Shown here: piece after piece, positions 13,758-25,483 of the stretch
Position numbering within the stretch: position 1 is the first letter of the stretch
Layout of the letters: each line of letters opens with the position of its first letter
DNA from: Azolla caroliniana
Lineage: Eukaryota; Plantae; Polypodiophyta
DNA length: 64,000 nt
Direction: 5' to 3'
Assembly: GCA_043228905.1 (NCBI GenBank)
Contig: JBHGNT010000009.1
Span: 14,322,001-14,386,000 of the forward strand
Translations under genes and position numbers: made by a program
Notes under the pieces: model-generated
The model's database searches: none
Told to the model about the DNA's origin: nothing
Seen by the model: the letters and a program-made list of their open reading frames with translations, nothing else

Positions 13758-13790
13758 GAGAGATATGGAGAGAGAGAGAGAGAGAGAGAG
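13725..13790. repeat. (ACAT)n and (AG)n microsatellites upstream of the DUF936 start codon
   Basis: Directly visible. Confidence 0.9.
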
Positions 13791-16044
13791 ATGACGTACT
13801 TGGACTCTGACTGGATGACTGACTGTCTCTGTCTGTCGCATGTAATCTTTGTATCTTGATAGGTAGGTAGGAAGTAGGAGAGAGATTCGCAAGACTTAAG
13901 GGAAAGGGTGGGAGAGTTAGGTCAGTAAGTAAAAGTAAAGTGGAGAAATGAGTGTTGTGGTGCAAGAGACCGACCTCTACAACAAACATAATATACATAA
14001 TGTGAGCTTGTGGTCTGAGGCTTGTATTCACGTCCTCAGGCTCCCGTATATGAAAACTACGATTAACCACGTAGTTAAAGGAGGCACTGATGTATCTATA
14101 AAGGCTAGAGTATCTATATATACATCATAGTCCGGTGATTAGAAATTTTGCTTGAGATCCATCATTATTTGAGGGAGACAATGTCTTTGCACTTCTCTCA
14201 CCTATCTAGAGGTTGCATAACCGAAAGGGAAGTGCACAAAGAGTGGCCGAGCACAACCTTTCTCTATTGCTTTGCACAAACTTGCAAGATCAAGATTTGG
14301 ACATCGTTGGATGGTAAAACTGATTGGATGTTCAAAAAAATCATAAAGATCGTTTCTCTAGATCCCCATAGATACATTTGTTCTCCAAAGCTTTACCCTT
14401 ATGACCGTCGAACATGGATATAATCCATTTCCTTGATACTCAATGCTAAAGATGCAACTCACCCATCATTATTAATATTTGACGTGGGTTGTTCTGCGTC
14501 TAAAGATTATTTTCCAACCGTATCTTTTCAGGGAATATATGATTATCTTGGAGTTGGTGTTGCACCTTCATGATTAGCGATAGATATATGATGCTTCTTG
14601 TTTGAAACTTCATAGAAAGATATATGAAACTTAGAGACTTTTTGTGTGGCCGTAGATTGATTTGTGAAGTGTCACTAGATTGTTGTATGAAGAATAAACC
14701 GAGGAAGTATGATTTTCGAATTTAGTGTTTGTATTATCCTTATGGCTAGATATAACAACTTCAAAATACTCTATCATCAAATTATCAAAGTATGCATATA
14801 TTACTTGTTTGACAATGTAACTTTTGGCCCTATGTTCCATTAGGAATGGCACTTTGAAGCTAGAAGCCATCAAATATAATCCAATATCTCCTTATTGCTT
14901 CTTACTTACAAAAACATGTTCCTCTCTTGATGATTCTTAAAGGATGCTTTCAACCATACTAATGCATATTAGGTACAACCAAACACCTACATACACATAA
15001 TATTTTCAATCTTTGTGCACTCTAAATAATGCCATTAATATAAACAAAATTTCAACCAAATACAAATCTTGTAAGATGATTCACTTAAGTATAGTGTAAA
15101 TACATACAAACATCATGTAGTTCTTTCTCTATAGACCAAGAATTGAAAATAATCTGAGATTAAGCATTACAAAAAGATGTACACAAACACCAAATAATAG
15201 CTAAATGTTCACTCTAAATAATACTAATGATGTATATAAAAACATAGATTGCAAACATTCAGTATTGTGGACTACTAGATACACAAAAGTTGGCACATTA
15301 TCGAATGCATGCATCCAACCAAATATAAGTTTTATAAGATGAATCACTTTAATATAGAGTAAATGCACACAAACATCATGTAGTTCCTTCGCTCGAAATT
15401 AAGATTGCGAATTTCTTGAGGCTAAGCAATAGAGGAAAATCAGTTTGTCCACTAGCATACACCTTTCTCCAAAGATTACATCTACTTCTGATGATTCTCC
15501 AAAGGTTACTACTATAAAAAACAACATTATCCAAGCTGAAAGCATTAGCCAAGTGAGCACGCAGGACATTGCAATATATAAACCAAGAAAATTGTGTTTT
15601 CAACATTATTTAATGATGCTAAGCCTATACACATTCTCCAAATATTACATGTTAAAGCTAGATCCTAATGCAAGCATACGATAAGGATATAAGAGATAGA
15701 TAGAAAAGAAAGGAGAGAGAGAAAGAAGGGTGCCGATCCACCTGATCACCCCCGAGCGAGGGATCGAGACAGACTTGAGATTTGGTTGGCTTCCCATACC
15801 ACCGTTGTGGTGTCAAGTCATACCTGGTACTGGCGCGCTCACTACAAGAGTTTGATCACCACGAGTTTAGAGTCTCGACGTAGTCAAGAGATGTCAAATC
15901 AGGGTAGCTAGGCCTCATATTTATAGCCAGACCTAAGGCCCCTTGGCAAGTTCACACTTGACCTTAATGGGTTGTCTCAATCCCAATGATTAAAAGTAAT
16001 CATTCCCTTCTTTACACTCTCGTTTAACCATCACACTTTATCCA

Positions 16045-16266
16045 TGTGTATAGAATACTACGGTACAACCTTACCACATGATATTATATGGTCATGCCCG
16101 TAACGTACTCCCCCTCTTTAAAACATTGCACTGTTGCAATGCAAAGTTAGGGAAGTGTGTATAGAATACTACGGTACAATCTTACCACAAGATATTATAT
16201 GGTCATGCCCGTAACATACTCCCCCTCTTTAAAACATTGCACTCTTGTAATGGAAAGTTAGGGAAG
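16045..16266. repeat. 111-bp tandem duplication spanning the pol end, PPT and LTR start of element A
   Basis: Units 16045-16155 and 16156-16266 both read tgtgtatagaatactacgg...cccgtaac(g/a)tactccccctcttt...gttagggaag. Confidence 0.9.
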
Positions 16267-19200
16267 TTAGTTTTAAGAGTATTTTCTCGTTCCCATGTAG
16301 CATCTTGTATAGACTTATCCATCCATTTAATTTTAAATTCTCGGATTATTTTAGAACACAAAATTTTCGTTTTAACATCGAGAATTCTTTCTAGTAGATG
16401 TGGTTTAGAAGATAACTCTTCAGAAGTAACCAGAGTTTCAGTTGTGACTATATTGTCGCTAGAACCAAGAAGTTCTTTTAGACGACTTACATGAAAAACT
16501 GGATGGATTTCAACGCCATCAGGAAGAGCGAGATGATAGCCTGATGAACCAATGCGTTTGAGGACCGTAAAAGGTCCACAAAACCATGGGGCTAACTTAG
16601 CGCACTTATCCGTAGACAATGTCTTAGAATTGTGAGGTATAAGTAAAAATACCTGTTGTCCAGTGTTGAATACATGAGGTTGCCTATTATGATCGGCATA
16701 AAAACGTGCTCTATCTTGAGCTGTTTTTATATGATCTCGTGCAGTATGCAACATATCTTGCATATCTTGAAGAAAGTTTTGTGTACTTCGCAACTCATCA
16801 TGATGTATATTAACATCAATCGGGGCATGTGGCTGAAAACCATACATCAACATAAAAGGACTATATCTCGTCCATGTATGCTTGGAGTTGTTATAAGCAA
16901 ACTCCAAAATTGGGAGATAATGTTCCCATTTTGTTGTATTTACACCAACGTATGCTCGGAGCATGTCCTCAATAATTTGATTTTACTTGTTTTGTCCGTC
17001 CATCAGATTGAGGATTATCCGTAGAGCTCATGCTCAATTTAGTTTCTAACTTCTTAAAGACTTGCGTCCAAAAGTCGTTAGTAAACTTTGGATCTTGATC
17101 ACTCACGATATCCATGGGTAACCCGTAAAAATGAAATAACTCATCAACGAATTGGTAAGCCAATTCAGGAGTTGTTATCGTGGTCTTAGTAGCAATAAAT
17201 CTAGCCATTTTAGTTAGTCTATCAACCACAACCTAGATGACATCATGGTCTTTTTGGGTGCGAGGAAGGTTAACTTCACGTATGCGACTTAGTGCATCAA
17301 TGACAATGTTCATGGAACCTTTACGATTTGTATGGAAAAATCAAAGTCCTGGATGAGATCTGCCTTACGACCTTTAAGGTCTTGTTGGTTACAAAAAAAT
17401 TTCAAGGACTCGTGGTCTGTAGTTACCACAAAATGATTTCCATAAAGATAATGACACCATGACTTCAACGCATGAATAACTGCAAATAATTCATTTTCTT
17501 GAACGGTATACCGACATTGAGCAGAATCAAGTTTCTTACTCTCAAATGTTATTGGTTTACCATCTTGATATAGGACGACACCTATAACATAATCACTTGC
17601 GTCGGTTTCAACCTGAAAAGGTTTTGAAGGATCTGGTAAAAGGAGTGAAGGAACCTTGCACACTAGGTCCTTGAGTTCCTTAAAGGCGAGGTCTAGTGTA
17701 GCATTCCATACAATAGGTTTTGTAGACTTACGCGTTTGCCTTTTAGAACATTAGTAAATGGCGTCGTCAATTGAGAGTAATTGCGAAGAGATTTTTGCAA
17801 AAACTTGACAAAACCAAGGAATGATCGAACTTCTCGAATATTCTGAAGAGTGGGCCAAAAGTTTAACTTTCTCAATGCAAGACGGTGTCGTGAAGATCCG
17901 CCACTACGTGCGGATCGTGAGGCGGAACCGCCGGGGTTCTGGACCGGAAGGACTCGAAGTTTTGCACTAGCTTTAGCGAGAAAGGAATTAAGATAGATTG
18001 AAAGAGAGAGAGAGATTGAGATAAGATAGAACGCTTGACTTTAGATTGAGAGAGATTAAGATTGAACTCTTGACTTTAGATTTGAAGAACAAGATTGATA
18101 CATCAATTGGATAACGAATTTCTTACTTTTAATTTCTTGATTAATACATCGCTCCCGTTTTTCTTCTTCATCCACTCTTTTATATACGCCCCCATGCATA
18201 TGATGCATGTGAGGGTACAAGACATGCATACAATGCATGGAATGCATGTGATGCATGTTTGCCATTTGGCGCTCATGCATTACATGTGATGCATGATAAC
18301 CATGTCACTCAATCAAGCTCTAATATGAGAATTTACATGTAAAAGTATAATGATAGAAAAAACATTTCTAAGGAAATGACTAAGCCTAGTGGTAAGTCTA
18401 TTGTGTCCTATCTTGGAGGTACAAGGTTTAACCCTTGCTTGCATCCCTTTGATTACAAATTTCTAATATGTGTTTTAGTCTAGATGATTTTGTTCGTTTC
18501 ACACTGAAATCGTCACGATCAACCTATCCGATCGATCCATCGCTGTCCGTCGTTCCGATTTCGATTTCGTTGCCGTCTGGTGCCGATGTCGGTTCCGGCT
18601 CCGTCGCCGTCTGATTCCAGTTCCGCCAAAACCATTACGAGTAGTTAAGCCACAGTTTAGCCCAAGAACATTCTGTGCTCCACTCATAGACAAAAAGTAA
18701 TAAGTTCTAGCTCTGCTTATATACTGTGGGATCCTGATTTGTACTATCTATGTGGGATATCTCACAATTTTTGTTTTTCTCTTCTTCTTCTCAAACTTCA
18801 CATTCACATAACTTGACATTTATTTGTCCGTTTCAAATCTAGTAAAGTACATTCGGAAGCTCTTGAAGACCTCCATCTTCCCGCACCAAGATATTAAGCT
18901 AATCTAAAATAGTATCTTCACTATCATTGTTTCATGTCTTGTGTGAAGAACCACACTCGATTTTGGACATTCCTCGCAATTTTCACACCATTGGCGAAAA
19001 TCTTCACAACATCCACCCCCACCAAACCGCACGTCCTCCAATACATGCCAAGAAGAGAGAGTGTGAGATTTTGGCAATGGTGATGAACATGACTCCTCCA
19101 CGCCGAGCATGTCCATTTCTTTGTACTCGAATCATTGTTGCCACCCAATCCACCATATCATTCGCTCATTCTTTGCTTTACCATGACCGGATGTCATGGT

Positions 19201-20124
19201 CCCTTGTTCTTCTTTCAAGCATATCCGTTTAGGCTTTATGCATGTTCCACCTTTGTCTCGATCGTCTCCTTGCTCAAGGCACTTTGACCCGTCACACATT
19301 TTTGTTTTATGTTTTTCTCCCCAAGCCTTTATCTGAATAATGATATTGACTACCCCATGTAGTACCTTCAAGTGCATGCCCACTTTGAGATCCTTACGCG
19401 ACCGTGCTCTATGTTTCTCACTTTGTCCACTTTCATGGTACAATCTCATGTTATTGTTGACAATCTTCACAATAGTGTCTTTGATAGATGTTTTGATCAC
19501 ATCCTTCGGATCCTCATGGTTCGCTTGGTCATCACCATCCCTTGTCATATTTTGCTCAAACTCTTTGTTGCACACATCAGCTTTAACCCTTGGTTCTTCC
19601 CTGTCACTGTCCTTCTCTTGGGTCTTACATCGGTTAATGCCCAAGTCTCTAGAACGAGTGTGGAGGGACCCATACATTTCCATTGTCCACCTTTTTCGTG
19701 CAACACTTAGCCATTTCCATCTTAAAGTTGTTCGAATCAGTATTGACCTTTGCTTCCTCACTGCCAACTTCCGTCTCTTGGGTCTTACATCGGTTAATGC
19801 CCAAGTCTCTAGAACTAGTGCGGGGAGAGGCTCTTCATGGCCATTCACCATCTTCGTCTTGACATCATTTTCCATAGCTATCTCTTCAAACTCATGGGCC
19901 TCGTACCCATTGATCCTTTTTATTGTGCAATCCTTTATTATGCTTCTTTCTTCGTCGCATGTATTAGTTTCGACCTTCAGTTCTTCGCCATTGTCAGGAA
20001 CTCTATTAAGGCAGAGAAGGAATTAGTACTAAAAGAAGGATTAGTACTATTGTTGGGGAATAGTACTAAGACAGAGAAGGATTAGTACTATGAGAGGTGT
20101 CGAACTTTGAGAGAAGGAATGAGT

Positions 20125-20178
<54 letters not shown>

Positions 20179-20460
20179 TGATGCGAAAGATATATGTATT
20201 ATATGACGGAAGATATACAACAGTAGTTAGAAGGCTTAAGACTGGCGTTGAACCGATTTGGTTCGAACTAATGCCTTGCGCCTCCTTTTATAGTGTCTTC
20301 AGGAATACTCCTGAAGTTTCTAGAATGTTCCAGAGAAATCTGGAATATACATCAATTTCCTAATAAAACCTAAATGAAAATAATATCCTTCAAATTACAA
20401 CTCATAACCTAATGGTAAAGTCTCGACCCGTGTAACAAAAGGTTATGGGTTCGAGTCTAG

Positions 20461-23400
20461 TTATGACACTATCCCCCTTTTAAAACGACGAGTTTCACGA
20501 GTCGTTTTGGATTGAGGACCCGGTTTCTCGGGATATCGTCGATGGAAGTCTTCTAGAAGAGCACGAGCATTGGTCACATTCTCGATCGGTTCCCAAGTAC
20601 GCTCGCTGGGACTATATCCTAGCCAATCGACTAGATAGTAGAGCTTGTTGCGAACAATCTTGGAATCGAGGATGGCAGCGACCTCATACTCAGGTCCATC
20701 TTCGAGCTCGATAGGAGGTGGAGGTTGTATAGTACGTCCTGGGATAGTGCTCTCGTGATAGGGTTCGAGGAGAGAACTATGAAACACCGGGTGTATCCGA
20801 AGTTGCGGAGGTAGCTCGAGACGAAAAGCGACATCATTAATCTTCCCGATAATACGGAAAGGACCTAATCGTCGATAATCCAACTTCTCACATGGGCGAG
20901 TAGTCTTGATGTGTCGTCGTAGCAGCCACACCCGATCTCCAATGTTAAAACTGGATGGAAGTCGATGACGATCTGCGTAGTCCTTGTGTGATTGTTGAGC
21001 TTGCTGGAGTTGAGTAGATAAATCCGCTTGTATCTTGCGTAACCGCTCCAAACGATCCTCCGCGTAAGGATTTGTGGACACTTCTGGGGTTTCAAGGACA
21101 CACCACCGGGGATGATATCCCGTATAAGCGTAGAATGGCGTGACTTTAGTCGATGCGTGGATAGCGTTATTATAGGCAAATTCGGCGAACGGAAGAATAT
21201 CTGCCCAGTCATTCTGATGATAGTTGAGAAAGCACCGCAGATACTGCTCCAGTGTTTGATTTGTTCGTTCGGCTTGACCGTCGGTTTGTGGGTGGTAGCC
21301 GGAGGAGAGGTTACAAGTGACCTTCAGCATTTTAAAAAGGTGCTTCCAGAATTTTGACACAAACTGGGGTCCACGATCGCTGATGATATTATCAGGGAGT
21401 CCATGATGCCGACATACTTCCCGCATGACAATTTCGGCGGTGTCTTCACTAGATATTTCTTTAGTACATGGTAAGAAATGAGCCATCTTCGTATATCGAT
21501 CCACCACTGTGAGAATCGCACTGAATCCCTTAGAGACTGGAAGATCTGTAATGAAGTCAAGAGCAATGGATTGCCATGGCTTGCTTGGAATTGGTAATGG
21601 TTCTAATAAACCATATGGATGATGTCTTGGCATTTTCGCTCTGCAGCATGTATCGCAAGTCCGAACAAAATCTTCGACAAATTGTCGCATACGGGGCCAC
21701 CAGAATGATCGTTGTACTAAATCTAATGTTTTAGTACTACCAAAATGTCCTGCTGTATATGTGTCATGGCAGTTTTGTACTACTCGAAGGCGGCAAGAAC
21801 CATTAGGAACATACAAAAGTTCTTTAAAGAAGAGTAATCCATCACAGTATTTGAATTGCCGATAATCCGTACCTGGTGATTGTGATTGTGAACATGACGC
21901 TCGAGAGGGGTCAATTTGTGCTAGTATAGCTTGGGCGAAAGCGTCAGTCTTCAAGTCCTCACGTATAGTATTGGTAATGTCGGAATCCACGGGCATGTCA
22001 AAGATCTGTGCTGCTTGCAGTCGTGCTGGACCCAAGATTACTTGCTTCTGGTTATCGAAAGCTGGCTCACCGGGACGTGGTGTTAGATACGAACGCCGTG
22101 ATAATGCATCTGCCTTCCCTTGGTGCTTCCCCGGACGATATGTAATTTTGAAGTCGAAGCGTGTGAGGAAATGGGCCCACCGAGCTTGACGTCGATTCAG
22201 TACACGAGCATCTTGAAAGTAGGCAAGGTTCTTGTGGTCACTGAATACAGTGACCTGATGAGGAGATCCCTCCAGGAAATGCCTCCATTGCATAAAAGAA
22301 TCAACTATTGCTAATAGCTCTTTATCATGAATTTCGTAGTTGATTTCGGCGGCGTCAAACTTACGGGAGTGGAAAGCCACAGGATGTAGCTTCTCGTCGT
22401 TACCCTGTTGTGACAGAATGCTCCCCAATGCGAAATCCGATGCATCAGCTTCGATAATGAATGGTTTTTCCGGATCCACATGACCTAAAATTGGAGCTGA
22501 TGTAAACGCCTTCTTAAGACTCTCGAAAGCCATGTCCGTCTCTTTAGACCAAATGAATGATTGTCCCTTCCTGGTGAGCTGTGTGAGAGGCAGCACAATT
22601 TTTGAGTAATTTTGTATGAACTTCCGGTAGAAATTTGCAAAGCCTAGGAAGCATTGCACATCCCGCACCGAACGCGGAGTGTGCCATTCTATCACCGTTT
22701 TGACCTTGGCTGGGTCCATAGATATGCCTTCTGAGGAGATGACATAGCCGAGAAACTCCACTTGGTTGCACCCGAAACTACATTTCTCTAACTTTGCATA
22801 CAGACCATGTTCTCGAAGTCGTTTTAGTACTAATAGTACATGAGAATCATGTTCTTCTTGGGTCTTTGAATAAACCAGTAGATCATCCAAATAGATGATC
22901 AAAAAATCATCCAAGAGGTCTCGAAATATATCATTCGCCATGTGCTGGAAGACTGCCGGCGCATTAGTGAGTCCGAACGGCATGACCGTATACTCGAAGT
23001 GCCCATATCTGGTGCGAAACGCGGTCTTCCATTCATCTCCTGGTCGGATCCGTACGAGGTTATAGGCTCCTCGTAAGTCGATCTTCGTGAAGAACCTGGC
23101 ACCGTTGATCCGTTCTAAAAGACTTGAGATAAGGGGAAGAGCATACCTATTTCTTACTGTGACCTTATTCAAGCCACGGTAATCTACAACGAGTCGAAGC
23201 GAGCCATCTTTTTTCTTGACGAAGAAAATGGGTGCGCCGGCTGGAGATTTCGAATGCCGAATGAAACCGTTCTCCAAATTCTCCTCTATATAGGCTCGAA
23301 GGACTTCTAGCTCGGTTGGTGACAAATTGTAGATCGGCCCCCATGGCGGCTCTTTTCCCGGTTGTAAGTCGATGGCGCAGTCGTACGGCCGATGATGAGG

Positions 23401-24054
23401 AAGTGTGTTGGCTTGTACTTTATCGAACACATCAGCATACTGACGATACTTCTCGGGAAGTTGAACGGTGGACTCCTCTTTGGTGGTGCTGGAGGGTTGT
23501 ACCGATATTGCAAAGAGAAACATTTCCTCCTTGCGCCCTTCCTCACGCAACTGACGTAGCGAAATGGTTGCAACCTTCTGGGTAGATCCTTGGGTTTGTC
23601 GCAACCGGATTTCCCTTGTCCTCCAATCTATGTCTGGGTCATGTAACTCGAACCATGGTAATCCTAAAACTATGGGATGTTCTGGAATACTAATAATATT
23701 AAATGATACTACACATGTTAAGTTATCTAGGACAATATTAACGGGTTCCGACTCTTCTATGATATTACCAGAAGCAATGGGACGACCATCAATGACTACT
23801 ACTGAGGCTGGACATGGGAGCTTTCTTAGAGATATCTGATGAGCTCGGGCAAAATTCCTATCCATGAAGCAAGAATTAGCTCCGGAATCTAGAAGGGCTA
23901 AGGTATGTACTGGAGGGGTACTTTTAGTACTAACTGCTACTTGGACTACGAACACATCACTAACTTGCTTAGAGGGAATGGAACCACTAATGGGCTGCAC
24001 AGATCTAGGGCTGTCCAACCAAACGGCTCCTATTTTGGCTGGACTTAGTCGTTT
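20461..24054 (-). CDS. pol: Pol of element C (protease, RT, RNase H, integrase, chromodomain), in the -1 frame relative to gag
   Basis: LLDSGA; YLDD; EADASD; HHCC (CHD...GH...CDTC); DDE (LDFI, ISDRG, QAERTN); GPF; chromodomain YEVAAILD...YLVDWLGY...TWEP. The stop codon falls inside the 3' LTR. Confidence 0.95.
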   Translation of the reverse strand, partial: KRLSPAKIGAVWLDSPRSVQPISGSIPSKQVSDVFVVQVAVSTKSTPPVHTLALLDSGANSCFMDRNFARAHQISLRKLPCPASVVVIDGRPIASGNIIEESEPVNIVLDNLTCVVSFNIISIPEHPIVLGLPWFELHDPDIDWRTREIRLRQTQGSTQKVATISLRQLREEGRKEEMFLFAISVQPSSTTKEESTVQLPEKYRQYADVFDKVQANTLPHHRPYDCAIDLQPGKEPPWGPIYNLSPTELEVLRAYIEENLENGFIRHSKSPAGAPIFFVKKKDGSLRLVVDYRGLNKVTVRNRYALPLISSLLERINGARFFTKIDLRGAYNLVRIRPGDEWKTAFRTRYGHFEYTVMPFGLTNAPAVFQHMANDIFRDLLDDFLIIYLDDLLVYSKTQEEHDSHVLLVLKRLREHGLYAKLEKCSFGCNQVEFLGYVISSEGISMDPAKVKTVIEWHTPRSVRDVQCFLGFANFYRKFIQNYSKIVLPLTQLTRKGQSFIWSKETDMAFESLKKAFTSAPILGHVDPEKPFIIEADASDFALGSILSQQGNDEKLHPVAFHSRKFDAAEINYEIHDKELLAIVDSFMQWRHFLEGSPHQVTVFSDHKNLAYFQDARVLNRRQARWAHFLTRFDFKITYRPGKHQGKADALSRRSYLTPRPGEPAFDNQKQVILGPARLQAAQIFDMPVDSDITNTIREDLKTDAFAQAILAQIDPSRASCSQSQSPGTDYRQFKYCDGLLFFKELLYVPNGSCRLRVVQNCHDTYTAGHFGSTKTLDLVQRSFWWPRMRQFVEDFVRTCDTCCRAKMPRHHPYGLLEPLPIPSKPWQSIALDFITDLPVSKGFSAILTVVDRYTKMAHFLPCTKEISSEDTAEIVMREVCRHHGLPDNIISDRGPQFVSKFWKHLFKMLKVTCNLSSGYHPQTDGQAERTNQTLEQYLRCFLNYHQNDWADILPFAEFAYNNAIHASTKVTPFYAYTGYHPRWCVLETPEVSTNPYAEDRLERLRKIQADLSTQLQQAQQSHKDYADRHRLPSSFNIGDRVWLLRRHIKTTRPCEKLDYRRLGPFRIIGKINDVAFRLELPPQLRIHPVFHSSLLEPYHESTIPGRTIQPPPPIELEDGPEYEVAAILDSKIVRNKLYYLVDWLGYSPSERTWEPIENVTNARALLEDFHRRYPEKPGPQSKTTRETRRFKRGIVS

Positions 24055-25214
24055 AACTCTTCTTCTAATTGGCTAAGGACATCAAATTTGTTTGCGAGAT
24101 TCGGACTATTAGTACTATTAGGACTATTATGACTATGAGGATTATCAGAGATTCCTACTGACATAGACTCGGGTTTAGTATAGTCAGAACTAACAATGAC
24201 TTGGTTTACCTGCCTTCTTGGTCTATGGGGACAGTTTATCGCGATATGCCCTGGTCCACCGCAATAAAGGCATAATCGGTTTGTTCGGCGTCGTTGCTTT
24301 TCCTCCTCCGATAGCGGCCCACGACGACGTGTAGTGTCAATTTCCATTGGAGTTGGAGTACTTACTGGAGGCGCATTATGTGACTCCCTTTGAAAAGGTT
24401 TCGCTACCATTGAGGCATAGGTAGGCTCGGATCTTGCCCTCGGCATCTGAAATTGTCGTTCCGAACGTCGCTCGAAGAGGCGGTTGTCACATCTGACCGC
24501 TCGACTGATTGCTTCTGTTAATGATTTTGGCTCTTCAGGGAAAGTCAAGAGTAAATCCTTGACATCGTTGCGTAGACCATAGCGGAACTGCTCCATCAAT
24601 GCTTGATCATCCCAGGGGATATCGGCGGCGAGTAGGCGGAAATCTGCAGCATATGCGGAGGCTGGACGGTCACCTTGGCGTAATCGCCGGATTTTGTTGA
24701 TTGCAGTCCTTATGCTGTCAGTATCTCCAAAACATGCTTTAAACTCACTTATGAATTCTTCAAAATTATTTAGTACTGGAGATTCCTTTTCTAGTAGCGG
24801 TGCGAACCATGCTAATGCTGAGCCAGTTAACAACGTGCCTACTAAACCCACTCGTGATGCATCGGTGGGATATCGGGACGGATGCATTTGAATAACTAAC
24901 CGTACCTGGTTAAGAAACCCTCTAAACTGCGATCGCGTTCCATCGAACTTCGTGGGAAGGCCAATCTTGGGTTCTTTATGAATCCCTTGTGCTCCGTGCC
25001 CTTGTTGTTGCATTGCTACGATGGTTGCTTCGAGTTGTTGCACGCGTAACGCAAGTTCCCCATGCTGTTGTTGCGTTTGCTGCTTTTCTAAGGAAATTTG
25101 CTGAAGATCCCCCAACAAGCGTTGATTTTCTTGTTCCAAAGCATGAAACTTCTCTTTCAAGCATTGAAATTCCGAGAAAACGGATTGATACTCTTCAGCG
25201 CTAACAGTGGCCAT
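24045..25214 (-). CDS. gag: Gag of element C (sushi/PEG10-like capsid with CCHC knuckle), 389 aa
   Basis: N-terminal coiled coil; PTKFDGTRSQFRGFL, LLTGSALAW, PTPMEID, CLYCGGPGHIAINC. Confidence 0.95.
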   Translation of the reverse strand: MATVSAEEYQSVFSEFQCLKEKFHALEQENQRLLGDLQQISLEKQQTQQQHGELALRVQQLEATIVAMQQQGHGAQGIHKEPKIGLPTKFDGTRSQFRGFLNQVRLVIQMHPSRYPTDASRVGLVGTLLTGSALAWFAPLLEKESPVLNNFEEFISEFKACFGDTDSIRTAINKIRRLRQGDRPASAYAADFRLLAADIPWDDQALMEQFRYGLRNDVKDLLLTFPEEPKSLTEAISRAVRCDNRLFERRSERQFQMPRARSEPTYASMVAKPFQRESHNAPPVSTPTPMEIDTTRRRGPLSEEEKQRRRTNRLCLYCGGPGHIAINCPHRPRRQVNQVIVSSDYTKPESMSVGISDNPHSHNSPNSTNSPNLANKFDVLSQLEEELND

Positions 25215-25437
25215 GGGATGAAGGAAAAGGGAACTAAGAGACTAGTAGGAAAGGAGAGAGACAGAAGGAAGAGGGAGACTAGTAGGAGGGAAATCGGTTC
25301 AAACTGTCAGGAACTCTATTAAGGCAGAGAAGGAATTAGTACTAAAAGAAGGATTAGTACTATTGTTGGGGAATAGTACTAAGACAGAGAAGGATTAGTA
25401 CTATGAGAGGTGTCGAACTTTGAGAGAAGGAATGAGT

Positions 25438-25483
<46 letters not shown>

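Noticed and set aside
14100-15650. AT-rich region with a diverged ~100-bp duplication (about 15050-15150 and 15315-15420) and short ORFs
   Set aside because: No termini, TSD or protein motif could be supported.
19132-20026. ORFs of 247 aa (-) and 228 aa (+) inside element B
   Set aside because: They lie in decayed, repeat-derived internal sequence and show no recognisable domain.
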